From a virus (lineage: Duplodnaviria; Heunggongvirae; Uroviricota; Caudoviricetes): DNA of 64,000 bases. Location: the IMG/VR virus record IMGVR_UViG_3300024272_000021. One strand, given 5' to 3'. This document shows, one piece after another, positions 1-9,311 of this stretch (the stretch's first letter is position 1; every line of letters begins with the position of its first letter). The translations under genes were made by a program, and so were the position numbers. The notes under the pieces were generated by a model. It did no database searches, was not told the DNA's origin, and saw nothing but the letters and a program-made list of their open reading frames with translations.

Positions 1-492
1 GTTAAGCAGCCGACTAAGAGAGTGCCCGCTAAGAGCTCTCGTAAGTATGCACCAGACGACCTAATTACTTGTCGTAGTGTTACTTATGGCGAGCTCTTAC
101 TAACGGGTAAGAAGTCTAAGCTTTTATATTCTTGGGCTAATTATAACGACACTACTGAAGTAGAATTTCAGGACTTGCAGGCTTTAAAGTCTACCAGGTC
201 TAGTTATCTATATAAGCCTAGGTTTGTTATTGAAGACGAGGAGCTTCTAGAACAGTGGAATAGCGATCTTGGCAATATGTATAAAAATATTGTTGATATT
301 GATGTTGAAGATATGTTTAAGCTCCCGCTAAATCAGTTTAAGTCCAGACTAAAGAAAGCGCCGAAGGGTGTTCAGCAGGCAGTGAAGAATATTGCTGGCG
401 AGAAGATTCTGAATGGTTCTCTCGATAGTTTGGCTAAGATTAAGGCAATTGACGAAATCCTCGGAACTGATTTGAAGCTTTATATGAAGTAA
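1..492 (+). CDS. Phage head/neck-region protein, probably 5'-truncated by the window edge
   Basis: Frame is open from base 1 (VKQPTKRVPAKSS...); the ORF track starts at GTG 22. It lies directly upstream of connector-like genes. Confidence 0.55.
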   Translation, partial: VKQPTKRVPAKSSRKYAPDDLITCRSVTYGELLLTGKKSKLLYSWANYNDTTEVEFQDLQALKSTRSSYLYKPRFVIEDEELLEQWNSDLGNMYKNIVDIDVEDMFKLPLNQFKSRLKKAPKGVQQAVKNIAGEKILNGSLDSLAKIKAIDEILGTDLKLYMK

Positions 493-509
493 TTTGGAGG
501 TGACCTTAG

Positions 510-932
510 ATGGCTACCCCATATGAAAAGGTGTATAGTCGTTTTTTAAATCGTACAACTGATTTTAATTTGGCCGATTTAGATGATTATACACTAAATG
601 AAATGCTTAAAGGCTGGTTGTATAGTGCTATTGTGAACGTGCGTACTTCTAGTGACTTGTCTACACGAGATGACGAGAATGAAATATTTGATAATGATTT
701 ATCTGATAGGGATATTGAATTGCTTGCTATGGGTATGACTATGGCATGGTTAGATCAATACTTAAATTCTACCGAAAATGTACTTCAATTTATTGGAGGC
801 AAGGAAGAGAAATATTATAGTCAGGCAAATCATATTGCAGAACTTCGTGCTCTTCGTGAAGATACAAGGCTTGAGATGAAGCGTCTTCACAGTTATGGTA
901 CTTATACAAACAATTCTTACTTTGATGATTAA
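510..932 (+). CDS. Putative head-tail adaptor/connector protein
   Basis: 140-aa ORF with GGAGGTG RBS; MATPYEKVYSRFL start and helical character; position at the start of the neck module in an SPbeta-like gene order. Confidence 0.5.
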   Translation: MATPYEKVYSRFLNRTTDFNLADLDDYTLNEMLKGWLYSAIVNVRTSSDLSTRDDENEIFDNDLSDRDIELLAMGMTMAWLDQYLNSTENVLQFIGGKEEKYYSQANHIAELRALREDTRLEMKRLHSYGTYTNNSYFDD

Positions 933-945
933 GGGGGCGTTTCCA

Positions 946-1251
946 ATGAATTTTTATGAAGAGATACCCTCTAGTCAAATAGCAGCAGAAAAGAAATATT
1001 TTGTTTCTGCCATTTTTAAGCTTTTACCCTACAGACAAGATAATTATGTATATCTTGATAATTATTTCGAATCGGTGCTACAACGGCTAATTGGATTCAA
1101 TAAAATTTCTGGCGGCCAGCCAGAATTAATTACTATTATGAGCCTACTTGAATATGCGCGAGGAGAAAATGATTATGATAAATATCGTAAAGCAATTCTT
1201 GACGCTTGTGGTTTAGTAAAGCTTATTCGGGAGAGTGATCCTAATGCTTGA
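946..1251 (+). CDS. Hypothetical virion morphogenesis protein
   Basis: ATG 946 follows an AAGGGGG RBS; the ORF-track start at 895 overlaps the previous gene. Confidence 0.55.
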   Translation: MNFYEEIPSSQIAAEKKYFVSAIFKLLPYRQDNYVYLDNYFESVLQRLIGFNKISGGQPELITIMSLLEYARGENDYDKYRKAILDACGLVKLIRESDPNA

Positions 1252-2329
1252 CTCTTATAAACTTCGTATGGCCGCGCTTGGTTCATATGAAGGAGAAGCT
1301 AGGCGTAGAAACTCTCAAAAAATTATGGATGTGTCTTGGATGAGAGATGCAGCCACAAAACTTGTTTATGTTAAATGGGTAGATTCTGGCCTACCAGTAG
1401 TTGATGATGATGATATTCCAGTTTACGCTAAATTTAATGTAAAATCATATCATAATATTACTGGTGATGAAGTTGCATATTTATTGCAGTTTAGGTTAGA
1501 AGATATTAAAAATAATCCAAACATTAAAGTTGGATCTTATGTGCAGATTAGAAACGAGATGGACGAGCCTGAATGGTGGTTAATTATTCATTTAGATGAT
1601 CGCACGTCATTTAGGCAGTTTTCGATTCTGAAATGTACTTGGACTTATAAGTGGGTTTCAAAAGTTAATGGGAAACGTGTCATTTATAATTGTTTGGGTG
1701 CTCCAAGAAGTCAGAATTCTTACAACAGTGGTGTTTGGTTGGATTATACGACTCAAACAGTTGAAAATCAGGAAGTTATGTGGCTTCCTACAAATGATGA
1801 TACTAAAACTATTATGTATGATACTAAATTTTTGAAATCTTCTCCTGGCAGATATCCTGCGTTAAAATGGACGATTACAAAAGTTGAAGATACTGCTACT
1901 GATGGAATTTCTAGGTTTACTATGGCCCAAACTCAATTTGATCCCGCAAAAGACAATGTAGATCTTATGATTGCAGATTATTATGAAAGCGCTATAGAAC
2001 CTGAATTGCCTGAAACGGAAGAAATTCCAACACCTAGAGATCTTGATATTGTCTATTCAGGTAAACCTGCGGTTCGCGCAGGTGGAGGTTATAAAAAATT
2101 TACCCTTAAGATGAGAGTCGATGACAAGTGGATCGATACGACAGGTGACGTCGATTGGAGCGTCGATTTCATAGATGGAGACCCGGCAAAGCTTGAATAT
2201 TCTGCGATTGGCAATGTATTTAAGGTTAAGTGTTTGGATGATTACTCTTTGATTGGTAAGACATTTACGATTATCGCAACAAGTGAACATAGTTCAAAAT
2301 CTATCATCGTGGAGGTGATAAGCCTATGA
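1244..2329 (+). CDS. Putative head-closure/tail-completion protein with C-terminal Ig-like segment
   Basis: ~360-aa ORF, beta-rich, in the neck-module position; its end overlaps the next gene (ATGA). Confidence 0.45.
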   Translation: MLDSYKLRMAALGSYEGEARRRNSQKIMDVSWMRDAATKLVYVKWVDSGLPVVDDDDIPVYAKFNVKSYHNITGDEVAYLLQFRLEDIKNNPNIKVGSYVQIRNEMDEPEWWLIIHLDDRTSFRQFSILKCTWTYKWVSKVNGKRVIYNCLGAPRSQNSYNSGVWLDYTTQTVENQEVMWLPTNDDTKTIMYDTKFLKSSPGRYPALKWTITKVEDTATDGISRFTMAQTQFDPAKDNVDLMIADYYESAIEPELPETEEIPTPRDLDIVYSGKPAVRAGGGYKKFTLKMRVDDKWIDTTGDVDWSVDFIDGDPAKLEYSAIGNVFKVKCLDDYSLIGKTFTIIATSEHSSKSIIVEVISL

Positions 2330-2847
2330 AGCGAGATATACAAAAGGTTAACGATGATATCATTGAAATGAAACGCCTTATAAAACAAAAGTTAATAGCC
2401 GACACGGACATACTTGAAGCGTTACATAATCCTGAGATTGATATAGATAGTCCAGATGAATTTTTGGATAATAATATCTTTGGATTTATTAGGATACCAA
2501 CGACACAAGATACTGTTCGAAATTTTATTTGTTTTATAGTAGACGATATCGAAGATCATCGTTTTAATGAAGCTATGAAGGCTCAACATATTCAATTTAC
2601 TGTAATTTGTCATCTTGATGATATGAAAACCGAATATGGAATTGATAGACATGATTTATTAGGATATTTAATTAGAGATACTTTTAATTGGACTAATATT
2701 TTTGGTTTACAATTTAAGTTAATTTATAATAAAGAAAGTACTATTGATTCTGATTACTATTGCAGGACATTAAAGTTTGAGGCTACAAAGCCAAATGCTT
2801 TAAATAGAGCAAGAATGGATAATCTATATGATAAATATGGAAGCTGA
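2326..2847 (+). CDS. Putative tail terminator/neck protein
   Basis: 173-aa ORF with GGAGGTG RBS; RHDLLGYLIRDTFNW motif; lies two genes before the major tail protein. Confidence 0.4.
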   Translation: MKRDIQKVNDDIIEMKRLIKQKLIADTDILEALHNPEIDIDSPDEFLDNNIFGFIRIPTTQDTVRNFICFIVDDIEDHRFNEAMKAQHIQFTVICHLDDMKTEYGIDRHDLLGYLIRDTFNWTNIFGLQFKLIYNKESTIDSDYYCRTLKFEATKPNALNRARMDNLYDKYGS

Positions 2848-3556
2848 TAGCCTCCAGTTGTACTTTGGTGATGATTATGTGATTAATGATCATATTGTCA
2901 TCCATCAACCGACAATAGGAGAAGTAGTTAAATATGGCGAAGCTCAGTATTTTAGTATGATTCATACATTGACGGCTATTCCTAGTGATATGAAAAGTCA
3001 ATTATGGGATATGGGTCTAGACTGGACTGAAGTTGAAGATTTTGAATTATTTATGATGCTTGTACAGACTTTAACTCTAGACAGAACATTGATTTTGTTC
3101 GGGGATTTAGATTTTTCAAAGTTGAAACCATTTAGAAATAATCAAAATGGAGATATTGTTTTAGCCGATAAAGAGACTGGAACTATTATCGACAAAATGA
3201 TATACATAAGGCTTATGGACTATCTTCGGAAGCTGCATAATATTAAACCAAAGGTTGAGAAGGCAGCTAATAAAATGACCAAGAAGGTATTAATCGAAGA
3301 AGATAGACAGAGGTTACTACATGCAAAGGATAAACCTTTTAAATCGTATCTATTACCCTTGATTTCTTCTATTAAAGTTAGACAGGGTTACACAAAGGAT
3401 TATGTGCGCAATATGGGATTCTATGAGTTTTTCGATGACATTAGCAGGAGTCAAGTAATTGTGAATGCTGATGCTTTATTAAAAGGCGCATATTCTGGAA
3501 TGATAGATACAAAGAAGATTAATAAATCTGAATTCAATTGGATGAAGGAGCTGTAA
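2828..3556 (+). CDS. Conserved hypothetical phage protein (tail assembly region)
   Basis: 242-aa ORF overlapping the previous gene, immediately upstream of the major tail gene. Confidence 0.5.
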   Translation: MINMEADSLQLYFGDDYVINDHIVIHQPTIGEVVKYGEAQYFSMIHTLTAIPSDMKSQLWDMGLDWTEVEDFELFMMLVQTLTLDRTLILFGDLDFSKLKPFRNNQNGDIVLADKETGTIIDKMIYIRLMDYLRKLHNIKPKVEKAANKMTKKVLIEEDRQRLLHAKDKPFKSYLLPLISSIKVRQGYTKDYVRNMGFYEFFDDISRSQVIVNADALLKGAYSGMIDTKKINKSEFNWMKEL

Positions 3557-3600
3557 TGGCTCTTTTGTTATATTATTTTATTTTATGGAGGTAAATGATT

Positions 3601-4360
3601 ATGGCTTTTGATATTAATAATTTCGTTATTGATAGAATCGTTCGTGGCGTTGCTCTTTCTCAGAAGGACGATTCCGTACTATTCTCTATTAACCAGATCC
3701 AGAACGCTTCTCTAAACTGTGCTTCTGAGTCTACTGATGCTGTTGACGCTCTAGGCACTCCTATTGCAACTTTCTATCGTGCTAAGACCGCTGAGTTCTC
3801 TGCTGAGAACGCTCTATTCGACATGAACCTAATGGCTACCCAGCTAGGTACTGAGAAGACCGTTGCTTCTGCTGATTCTAAGGTTACTGTTCCTGCTATG
3901 GAAAGCTTTACTGTTGCTGACGGTGGTAAGTATACTCTAAAGCATGCTCCTAAGGCTGCTCCTTCTGAGATTTATGCTATCAATGGCGACAGCACCTTTG
4001 GTGTGAAGTATGTTAAGGCGACTGCTGCTTCCGATGTTGCTTTTGCTTATACTGAGGCTGATTATACTCTAACTCTACCTACTGGCGTAGCTGTTGGTAC
4101 TGAGATGTTCGTTATGTATGAGTATGAGACTGAGAATGCTGTAGAAGTTGTTAACTCTGCTAAGAACTTCCCTGTTGGCTGCAAGTTCATCATGGAAGTA
4201 CTAGGTTGTGACGTATGCGACCAGACCAACCTAATTTATGCTTATGTTATTTTCAATAACTTCAAGCTCAGCCCCGATTTCGACTGGAGCATTGCAACTG
4301 ACGGCGCACATCCCTTCTCTGGCCGTGCACAGCAGGATTACTGCGATAAGGAAAAGAGAT
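3601..4360 (+). CDS. Major tail (tube) protein, exon 1
   Basis: GGAGG RBS; strongly biased codon usage typical of a highly expressed gene. It joins 4762-4796 to give ...DKEKR-L-FSIVIPGDEE* (264 aa spliced). Confidence 0.75.
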
Positions 4361-4761
4361 TAGAAGTAATTGCTGCTTAATAGTAGCATTCTACGAATAG
4401 TTTCCGTATAAAGTAATTTATATGATAAATAACACATTGAAATGCTGGAACACCCTAAAGCTCATATACCAAAGCGGAATGATGAAATAAACATAAACGT
4501 TATGGTTGCGAAAGCAGAAAAAAGTTATGAGATGATACATGGTTAGATCCTAAATATTATTGTAATGGGTAATCAGCAGGGAAGCTCCGAACAGGAGAAC
4601 CCTCAACGACTATTCCCATTAAGGGAAGTACACAATAAGCGATTGATTGTGGAAGTGGTGTGCCCCACATGCGTGGGTGAAGATATAGTCTGTGCTTTAT
4701 CGAAAGATAAAGGGCGCATTTGTGTGCCGGGTAAATGTAGCGGTTTACTCAAACTTAACAG
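4361..4761 (+). mobile_element. Group I intron 1 (ORF-less, 401 nt) in the major tail gene
   Basis: IGS GAAUAGUUUC (4395-4404) pairs with both the exon-1 end GAGAU (U.G) and the exon-2 start UGUUC. P7 is GACUA 4608-4612 / UAGUC 4686-4690, with AAGAUAUAGUC J8/7. The intron ends in G and splicing restores the frame. Confidence 0.9.
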
Positions 4762-4796
4762 TGTTCAGCATCGTGATTCCGGGCGATGAGGAATAA
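4762..4796 (+). CDS. Major tail protein, exon 2
   Basis: 35 nt that complete the split Leu codon and encode FSIVIPGDEE-stop. Confidence 0.8.
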
Positions 4797-4810
4797 TTTT
4801 ATTGTATCAC

Positions 4811-4839
4811 TTGACAATACAAAATTAATGTGATATAAT
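4811..4839 (+). promoter_or_regulatory. Consensus sigma-A/sigma-70 promoter with extended -10
   Basis: TTGACA (4811-4816), 17-nt spacer, TGnTATAAT (4831-4839), upstream of the endonuclease gene. Confidence 0.85.
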
Positions 4840-4958
4840 ATATTTATGAGATAGGTGTGGCGTCATGAACCATATCAACAAGGGCTAGGGCCTCTCACCT
4901 AGCCCTTCTCATATTTGATTATCAATTGAGAGAAGCAAATGATAAGAGAGGTATTTTT

Positions 4959-6065
4959 ATGGGAAAGCCAAAGAAGACTTATGAAGAGTTTGTATGTGAA
5001 ATTCAAGATGTATTTAATAGCAATATTGTTGTGTTAGGACAATATGTTAATCAGAAAACAAAGGTTGAGTTTTATTGTAATATATGTGGCAATAAATGGA
5101 GTACTACGCCGATGAGTATTTTAAAAACAATTGTCGGATGCCCAGAGTGTGCAAAGAAACTTATATCTCAAAAAAATACTATTAGAAATATTAAAACTAG
5201 CGGAAGATTTGTTGAGTTGTATCCAGAACTTGCAAAAAGATTTGATTATGAAAAGAATGAAAATATAAATATTCAAGATCTTTCGCCCCATTCTGGAAAA
5301 CGTATTTGGTGGAAATGCAATATTTGCGGTCATTCATGGCAAAGTAATGTCGCCAGTGTAGTAGACAATAAAGGCAACTGTCCTGAATGTTATCGTAAGA
5401 ATGCGGCAAACAATATTATTATATATAGATTGAACAAAGATGGCTCGTTAGCAGATCATTATCCTGACTTAATCAACGAGTGGGATTATGAGAAAAATAT
5501 TGATTTTAATCCAAATGAGATGCTTGTAAAAAGTAATAAAAGAGTTTGGTGGAAGTGTCAAAAATGTGGTCGAGAATGGCAGACTAAAATCGCCAAACGA
5601 ACCGCAGGAGAAGGATGCCCATATTGTTACAGGTTTGAGAAAAGCAATTTACAGCAAAAGGTTCAGAGATATGTTGAAGATAAATATGATTATGATATTG
5701 TCCATGAATATGATTGTTCTTTGAAGTGTAGAAATCCTGAAACCAATCATATATTACCATATGATAACGAACTTATTATTTCTGATAATGTTAGGATTAT
5801 TATTGAGTGTAACGGAGAGCAGCATTATAAAATTTGCGGACTTACAAATTTGGCTGCGAAAAAATATAAGACAACTCCAGAAGAAGTGCTTAAATATGTT
5901 CAATGGAAAGATGAGTATAAGAAAAATTATGCTTTATCTCAAGGTTATTATTATCTTGAAATTCCATATTTTACTGAGTCTGATGAGTCCTATAAAACTC
6001 TTATCGACGATAAAATTAAAGAAGTGTTAACTCTCAACAACACAAAATTAATGTGCGCCCAATAA
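4959..6065 (+). CDS. Free-standing homing-endonuclease-like protein (Zn-ribbon repeats plus Vsr/DUF559-like nuclease domain)
   Basis: Repeated WWKCxxCGxxW...CPxC motifs; C-terminal IIECNGEQHY and YYYLEIPY; likely ATG 4959 after a GAGG RBS (ORF-track start 4926). Confidence 0.75.
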   Translation: MGKPKKTYEEFVCEIQDVFNSNIVVLGQYVNQKTKVEFYCNICGNKWSTTPMSILKTIVGCPECAKKLISQKNTIRNIKTSGRFVELYPELAKRFDYEKNENINIQDLSPHSGKRIWWKCNICGHSWQSNVASVVDNKGNCPECYRKNAANNIIIYRLNKDGSLADHYPDLINEWDYEKNIDFNPNEMLVKSNKRVWWKCQKCGREWQTKIAKRTAGEGCPYCYRFEKSNLQQKVQRYVEDKYDYDIVHEYDCSLKCRNPETNHILPYDNELIISDNVRIIIECNGEQHYKICGLTNLAAKKYKTTPEEVLKYVQWKDEYKKNYALSQGYYYLEIPYFTESDESYKTLIDDKIKEVLTLNNTKLMCAQ

Positions 6066-6077
6066 GCGCACTTTTTT
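6053..6077 (+). terminator. Rho-independent terminator-like hairpin
   Basis: GTGCGC-loop-GCGCAC followed by T6, overlapping the stop codon of the nuclease gene. Confidence 0.55.
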
Positions 6078-6095
6078 ATTACCTATGAAAGGAGC

Positions 6096-6449
6096 GTGAG
6101 CCAAATGGCAAGGCGTGATAGAAAATGCTATTTATGTAGTACTTCATATAAATATTGTCCCACATGTAGTGATGACAAAAATAAACCCTCCTGGATGGCA
6201 GAGTTCCACGATGAAAACTGTAAAAACATTTTTCAAATTTGCACTAATTTTAACCTAGGTGTGCAGACTAAATCTGAGGCTCAAGCTGCGCTAGAGCAGT
6301 GCGACCTCTCTAATAAAGAAAACTTTAAATCTTACGTCCAGCAAGATCTGGAAAATATCTTCAAGGAAGAGCCCAAGTTTAAGCGCGGCAAGAGAGCCGA
6401 AATGGGCATCTTTGACGATGCAGCACATGAAGTAGTTGAAACCGAATAA
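6096..6449 (+). CDS. Cys-rich (Zn-finger) conserved tail-region protein
   Basis: CYLC...YCPTC motif; GAAAGGAG RBS; follows the tail tube gene. Confidence 0.6.
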   Translation: MSQMARRDRKCYLCSTSYKYCPTCSDDKNKPSWMAEFHDENCKNIFQICTNFNLGVQTKSEAQAALEQCDLSNKENFKSYVQQDLENIFKEEPKFKRGKRAEMGIFDDAAHEVVETE

Positions 6450-6494
6450 GGCACTATAACTTCATGTTCAACGAGGTTTAGTGCCTTATTTTTT
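6445..6494 (+). terminator. Terminator-like hairpin
   Basis: AATAAGGCACTA ... TAGTGCCTTATT followed by a T-run. Confidence 0.55.
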
Positions 6495-6515
6495 ATGCAA
6501 AAAAGGAGAACAAAT

Positions 6516-6749
6516 ATGCTTACATATTCAAAAATATTAAACAAATATTACGATGCAGAAAACGGGAATGTCGTATATGTTACCAATATGTTGCAAGCAC
6601 AACGCTACTTAAATAACGGCGGCGTTGAAGACCTTGTAGACATTTTGTATAGCGGTACGAAACGTGAAGATACACTTGTTTTTGTATTTCTAAAGACACC
6701 TCGTGTTCAGGAGCTATATAAAAAATGGCAGGCTCATGAACTGAATTAA
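6516..6749 (+). CDS. Small protein, possibly DUF5659-like
   Basis: ATG 6516 after an AAGGAG RBS; pattern QAQRYL..G...LVFVF.K...LYKKW. Confidence 0.5.
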   Translation: MLTYSKILNKYYDAENGNVVYVTNMLQAQRYLNNGGVEDLVDILYSGTKREDTLVFVFLKTPRVQELYKKWQAHELN

Positions 6750-6764
6750 ACGGGGGCGATAATT

Positions 6765-7022
6765 ATGATTGATAAAATCTTAGCAAATGCTCGAACTGTT
6801 GACGAAATACTCAGTGATGTTGTGGAACCAATTATTGGTGATACACCCGTATCAGTTCAACTTAATGCGGCGCTCGATAAAATGGCGAGTAAAGAAGATG
6901 TTCAGGCTATACGTATAGATGTTGATATTATAAAAAAAGAAATAGAAAAACTTCTGGCATTAGTTGGAGATGTTTCTGTGTCGGAACAAATAAATATGGT
7001 AATAAATAGGTCTGAAAATTGA
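6765..7022 (+). CDS. Small fibre-associated protein with two VGDxxVSxQ motifs
   Basis: 85-aa ORF containing IGDTPVSVQL and VGDVSVSEQI. Confidence 0.55.
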   Translation: MIDKILANARTVDEILSDVVEPIIGDTPVSVQLNAALDKMASKEDVQAIRIDVDIIKKEIEKLLALVGDVSVSEQINMVINRSEN

Positions 7023-7071
7023 TGACCTGTTTTTTGAATTTGAAAATTGATAATTCAAAGGAGGACTTAAC

Positions 7072-8514
7072 ATGTCCGAAAAAATTTTAAATTCACGTAT
7101 CGTCCATAAGCATGACGTTGAAGCCAATTGGTTGAAAGCGGTTAATTTTATCCCTAAGCAGGGTGAGATTATTGTTTATGATATTGACGATACTTATAAT
7201 TATGAAAGATTTAAGATAGGTGACGGTAAGACTCTTGTCAGTGCATTACCCTTTGCTGATGATGCGTTAAGAGCGTCTCTGTTGGCTGAAATCGGTGCAG
7301 TTGATGATAAAGTTGATGCTGTTAGCTCTCTCGTTGGTGATACTGCTGTTTCAGAGCAAATTACTGCGGCTATAGCTGATAAGGCGGATTCCGATCATGT
7401 ACATGATGTTGCTACTTCTGATGCAAATGGATTTATGAGTTCTGCTGATAAGACATTTATTGACAAGCTAGATGCTTCGATAGCAAGTATAGGTTATTTT
7501 TCTAGTAAAACAGTTGCCGAATTTAGAGAAGCGCTTGTTGCGTGGACCGATACCGTTTGTGGTGTACCCGGTGCAAAAACTTGGTTCAGTTGCGATTTAC
7601 CGAATTTAGTTGAGCTTTGGAATGGCGGAGATACTACTTCGGTTATTGGTGCAGGAACTACAAATGTTATAGAAGTCAATTCCTCTTATAGTACTTCCGA
7701 TTATCTACTATTAAAAATAACTAGCTATTCCGATTCAACTGTTTATTATGTAGCTTGCGCAAATGGTACTTGGGCAAATATTCGCAAGGTAGCTTTTACC
7801 AATAATACTGTTGCGAGTACTCAAAAATTGGCAACAGCAAGAAAAATTAATGGAGTATCATTTGATGGTACGTCTGATATTACAATAACTGCGGATCCAG
7901 CTGCAAACCAGCTTACTGGTGGAGATTTGAACAATGTAAGAACCCCTGGATATTATTTCGCGGGTGGAAGCAGCGGTGTTACAAATATTCCAGATGGTGT
8001 TGATGCATTTGGAGTTGAAGTCTATAGATCTGCTGGAGGATATATTACTCAGGAACTTACTTCAGGAAATCAACTCACTGGCAAGAAGTTTGTCCGTACT
8101 TATAATAATAGTACGTGGAGCGAATGGGAAGTTATTTATACCAGCGCATATCCTCAGGTTCATGTTGGCCCAACTCAGCCCACAGATCCTAATGTACAGG
8201 TATGGATTAATACTTCTGAAGATGGCACTGGTGTTGTTCCTGTATTACCAAGAATTACGACTATCAGTCTGCCTGTGGCTAATTGGACTGGCAGCGCTGC
8301 TCCATATTATCAGACAGTTTCGGTCAACACTGTAACTTCTGCTACAAAGATTGACTTGCAGCCAACCGTTGCACAAATTACATCTTTGCAGAATGATGAT
8401 ATTGCGCTCATGGCAGAGAACACCAACGGAGTTGTTAAGATCTATTCGTTTGGTGGCAAACCTTCCGCTGATATGACCATGCAGGTGCTTCTGACGGAGG
8501 TGTCTTACGTATGA
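7072..8514 (+). CDS. Tail fibre-like protein with Mtd_N/hyaluronidase-type N-terminal domain
   Basis: N-terminal PKQGEIIVY...FKIGDGKT...LPF motif; ARKINGVSFDGTSDIT and DLNNVRTPGYY fibre motifs. Confidence 0.7.
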   Translation: MSEKILNSRIVHKHDVEANWLKAVNFIPKQGEIIVYDIDDTYNYERFKIGDGKTLVSALPFADDALRASLLAEIGAVDDKVDAVSSLVGDTAVSEQITAAIADKADSDHVHDVATSDANGFMSSADKTFIDKLDASIASIGYFSSKTVAEFREALVAWTDTVCGVPGAKTWFSCDLPNLVELWNGGDTTSVIGAGTTNVIEVNSSYSTSDYLLLKITSYSDSTVYYVACANGTWANIRKVAFTNNTVASTQKLATARKINGVSFDGTSDITITADPAANQLTGGDLNNVRTPGYYFAGGSSGVTNIPDGVDAFGVEVYRSAGGYITQELTSGNQLTGKKFVRTYNNSTWSEWEVIYTSAYPQVHVGPTQPTDPNVQVWINTSEDGTGVVPVLPRITTISLPVANWTGSAAPYYQTVSVNTVTSATKIDLQPTVAQITSLQNDDIALMAENTNGVVKIYSFGGKPSADMTMQVLLTEVSYV

Positions 8515-9014
8515 TTAGTGGAAACATGGTAGGCTCTTATAGCCAAATGGGCAAGACGCTGATTTTAGTTGACGAGAATGGAAATGAGGTTATGGGTGTC
8601 GTTGTTGATCAGGAAACAGTGTTTACCGCAGGCGATAATGATGTTAGAGAAGGGTTTGTTTATGCTTCTGATGGTGGTGTGAGTACGGGAACAAAATTTA
8701 TACCAAGTTATCATACCGTATCAGGTCAAACTTTAGTTTTGCCAAATGAGTCTTTTTCTGTTTATTTACCAGAGATGAAGTTGTACGACTACACAAGTTT
8801 ACAATGTATTATTTGTGCATTTAATAATACTATTGATGATAGTGTAGGAGCTGATAAAATTGTTTTAAATCATGCTGTATATCCGGTAAATTCAACTGTT
8901 AAACTGTCCGATGTTACTAAAGATTCAGATCTAAAATCAATCAATTTAAACGTTACTAATAATACTGATAATACTTATTTAATTTATTATTTTACTTATC
9001 GTGAGGAGGTATAA
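8511..9014 (+). CDS. Hypothetical fibre-associated protein
   Basis: 167-aa ORF with GGAGGTG RBS, coupled to the preceding fibre gene. Confidence 0.55.
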   Translation: MISGNMVGSYSQMGKTLILVDENGNEVMGVVVDQETVFTAGDNDVREGFVYASDGGVSTGTKFIPSYHTVSGQTLVLPNESFSVYLPEMKLYDYTSLQCIICAFNNTIDDSVGADKIVLNHAVYPVNSTVKLSDVTKDSDLKSINLNVTNNTDNTYLIYYFTYREEV

Positions 9015-9016
9015 GC

Positions 9017-9259
9017 ATGGGTGTGAATTATGCTTATAAATACGCTCTTGTTCGTCAAAATAATGGCATGTGTTATGATGTTCGTGATAGCTCTGTGTAC
9101 TATTTAGATCCTACATATATTCCTATCCCAGAATATAATGCGAACTATTTAATGAAATATTATTATCCAATTCCTGAAACCGTAGAAAGCTTTGACGATT
9201 TCCAGGGTCAATGGTATAGTGATGCGGCTCATACTATTCCTTGGTCTCCAGAGGCTTAA
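9017..9259 (+). CDS. Small putative fibre assembly/accessory protein
   Basis: 80-aa Tyr-rich ORF with GGAGG RBS. Confidence 0.5.
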   Translation: MGVNYAYKYALVRQNNGMCYDVRDSSVYYLDPTYIPIPEYNANYLMKYYYPIPETVESFDDFQGQWYSDAAHTIPWSPEA

Positions 9260-9311
9260 CAATACAAAATTAATAATAATACAAAACAAAAGATAAAATA
9301 AAGGAGGTTAC

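Noticed and set aside
4565-4789. 74-aa ORF-track ORF
   Set aside because: It lies within the catalytic core of intron 1 and overlaps exon 2 in another frame; there is no RBS or protein motif.
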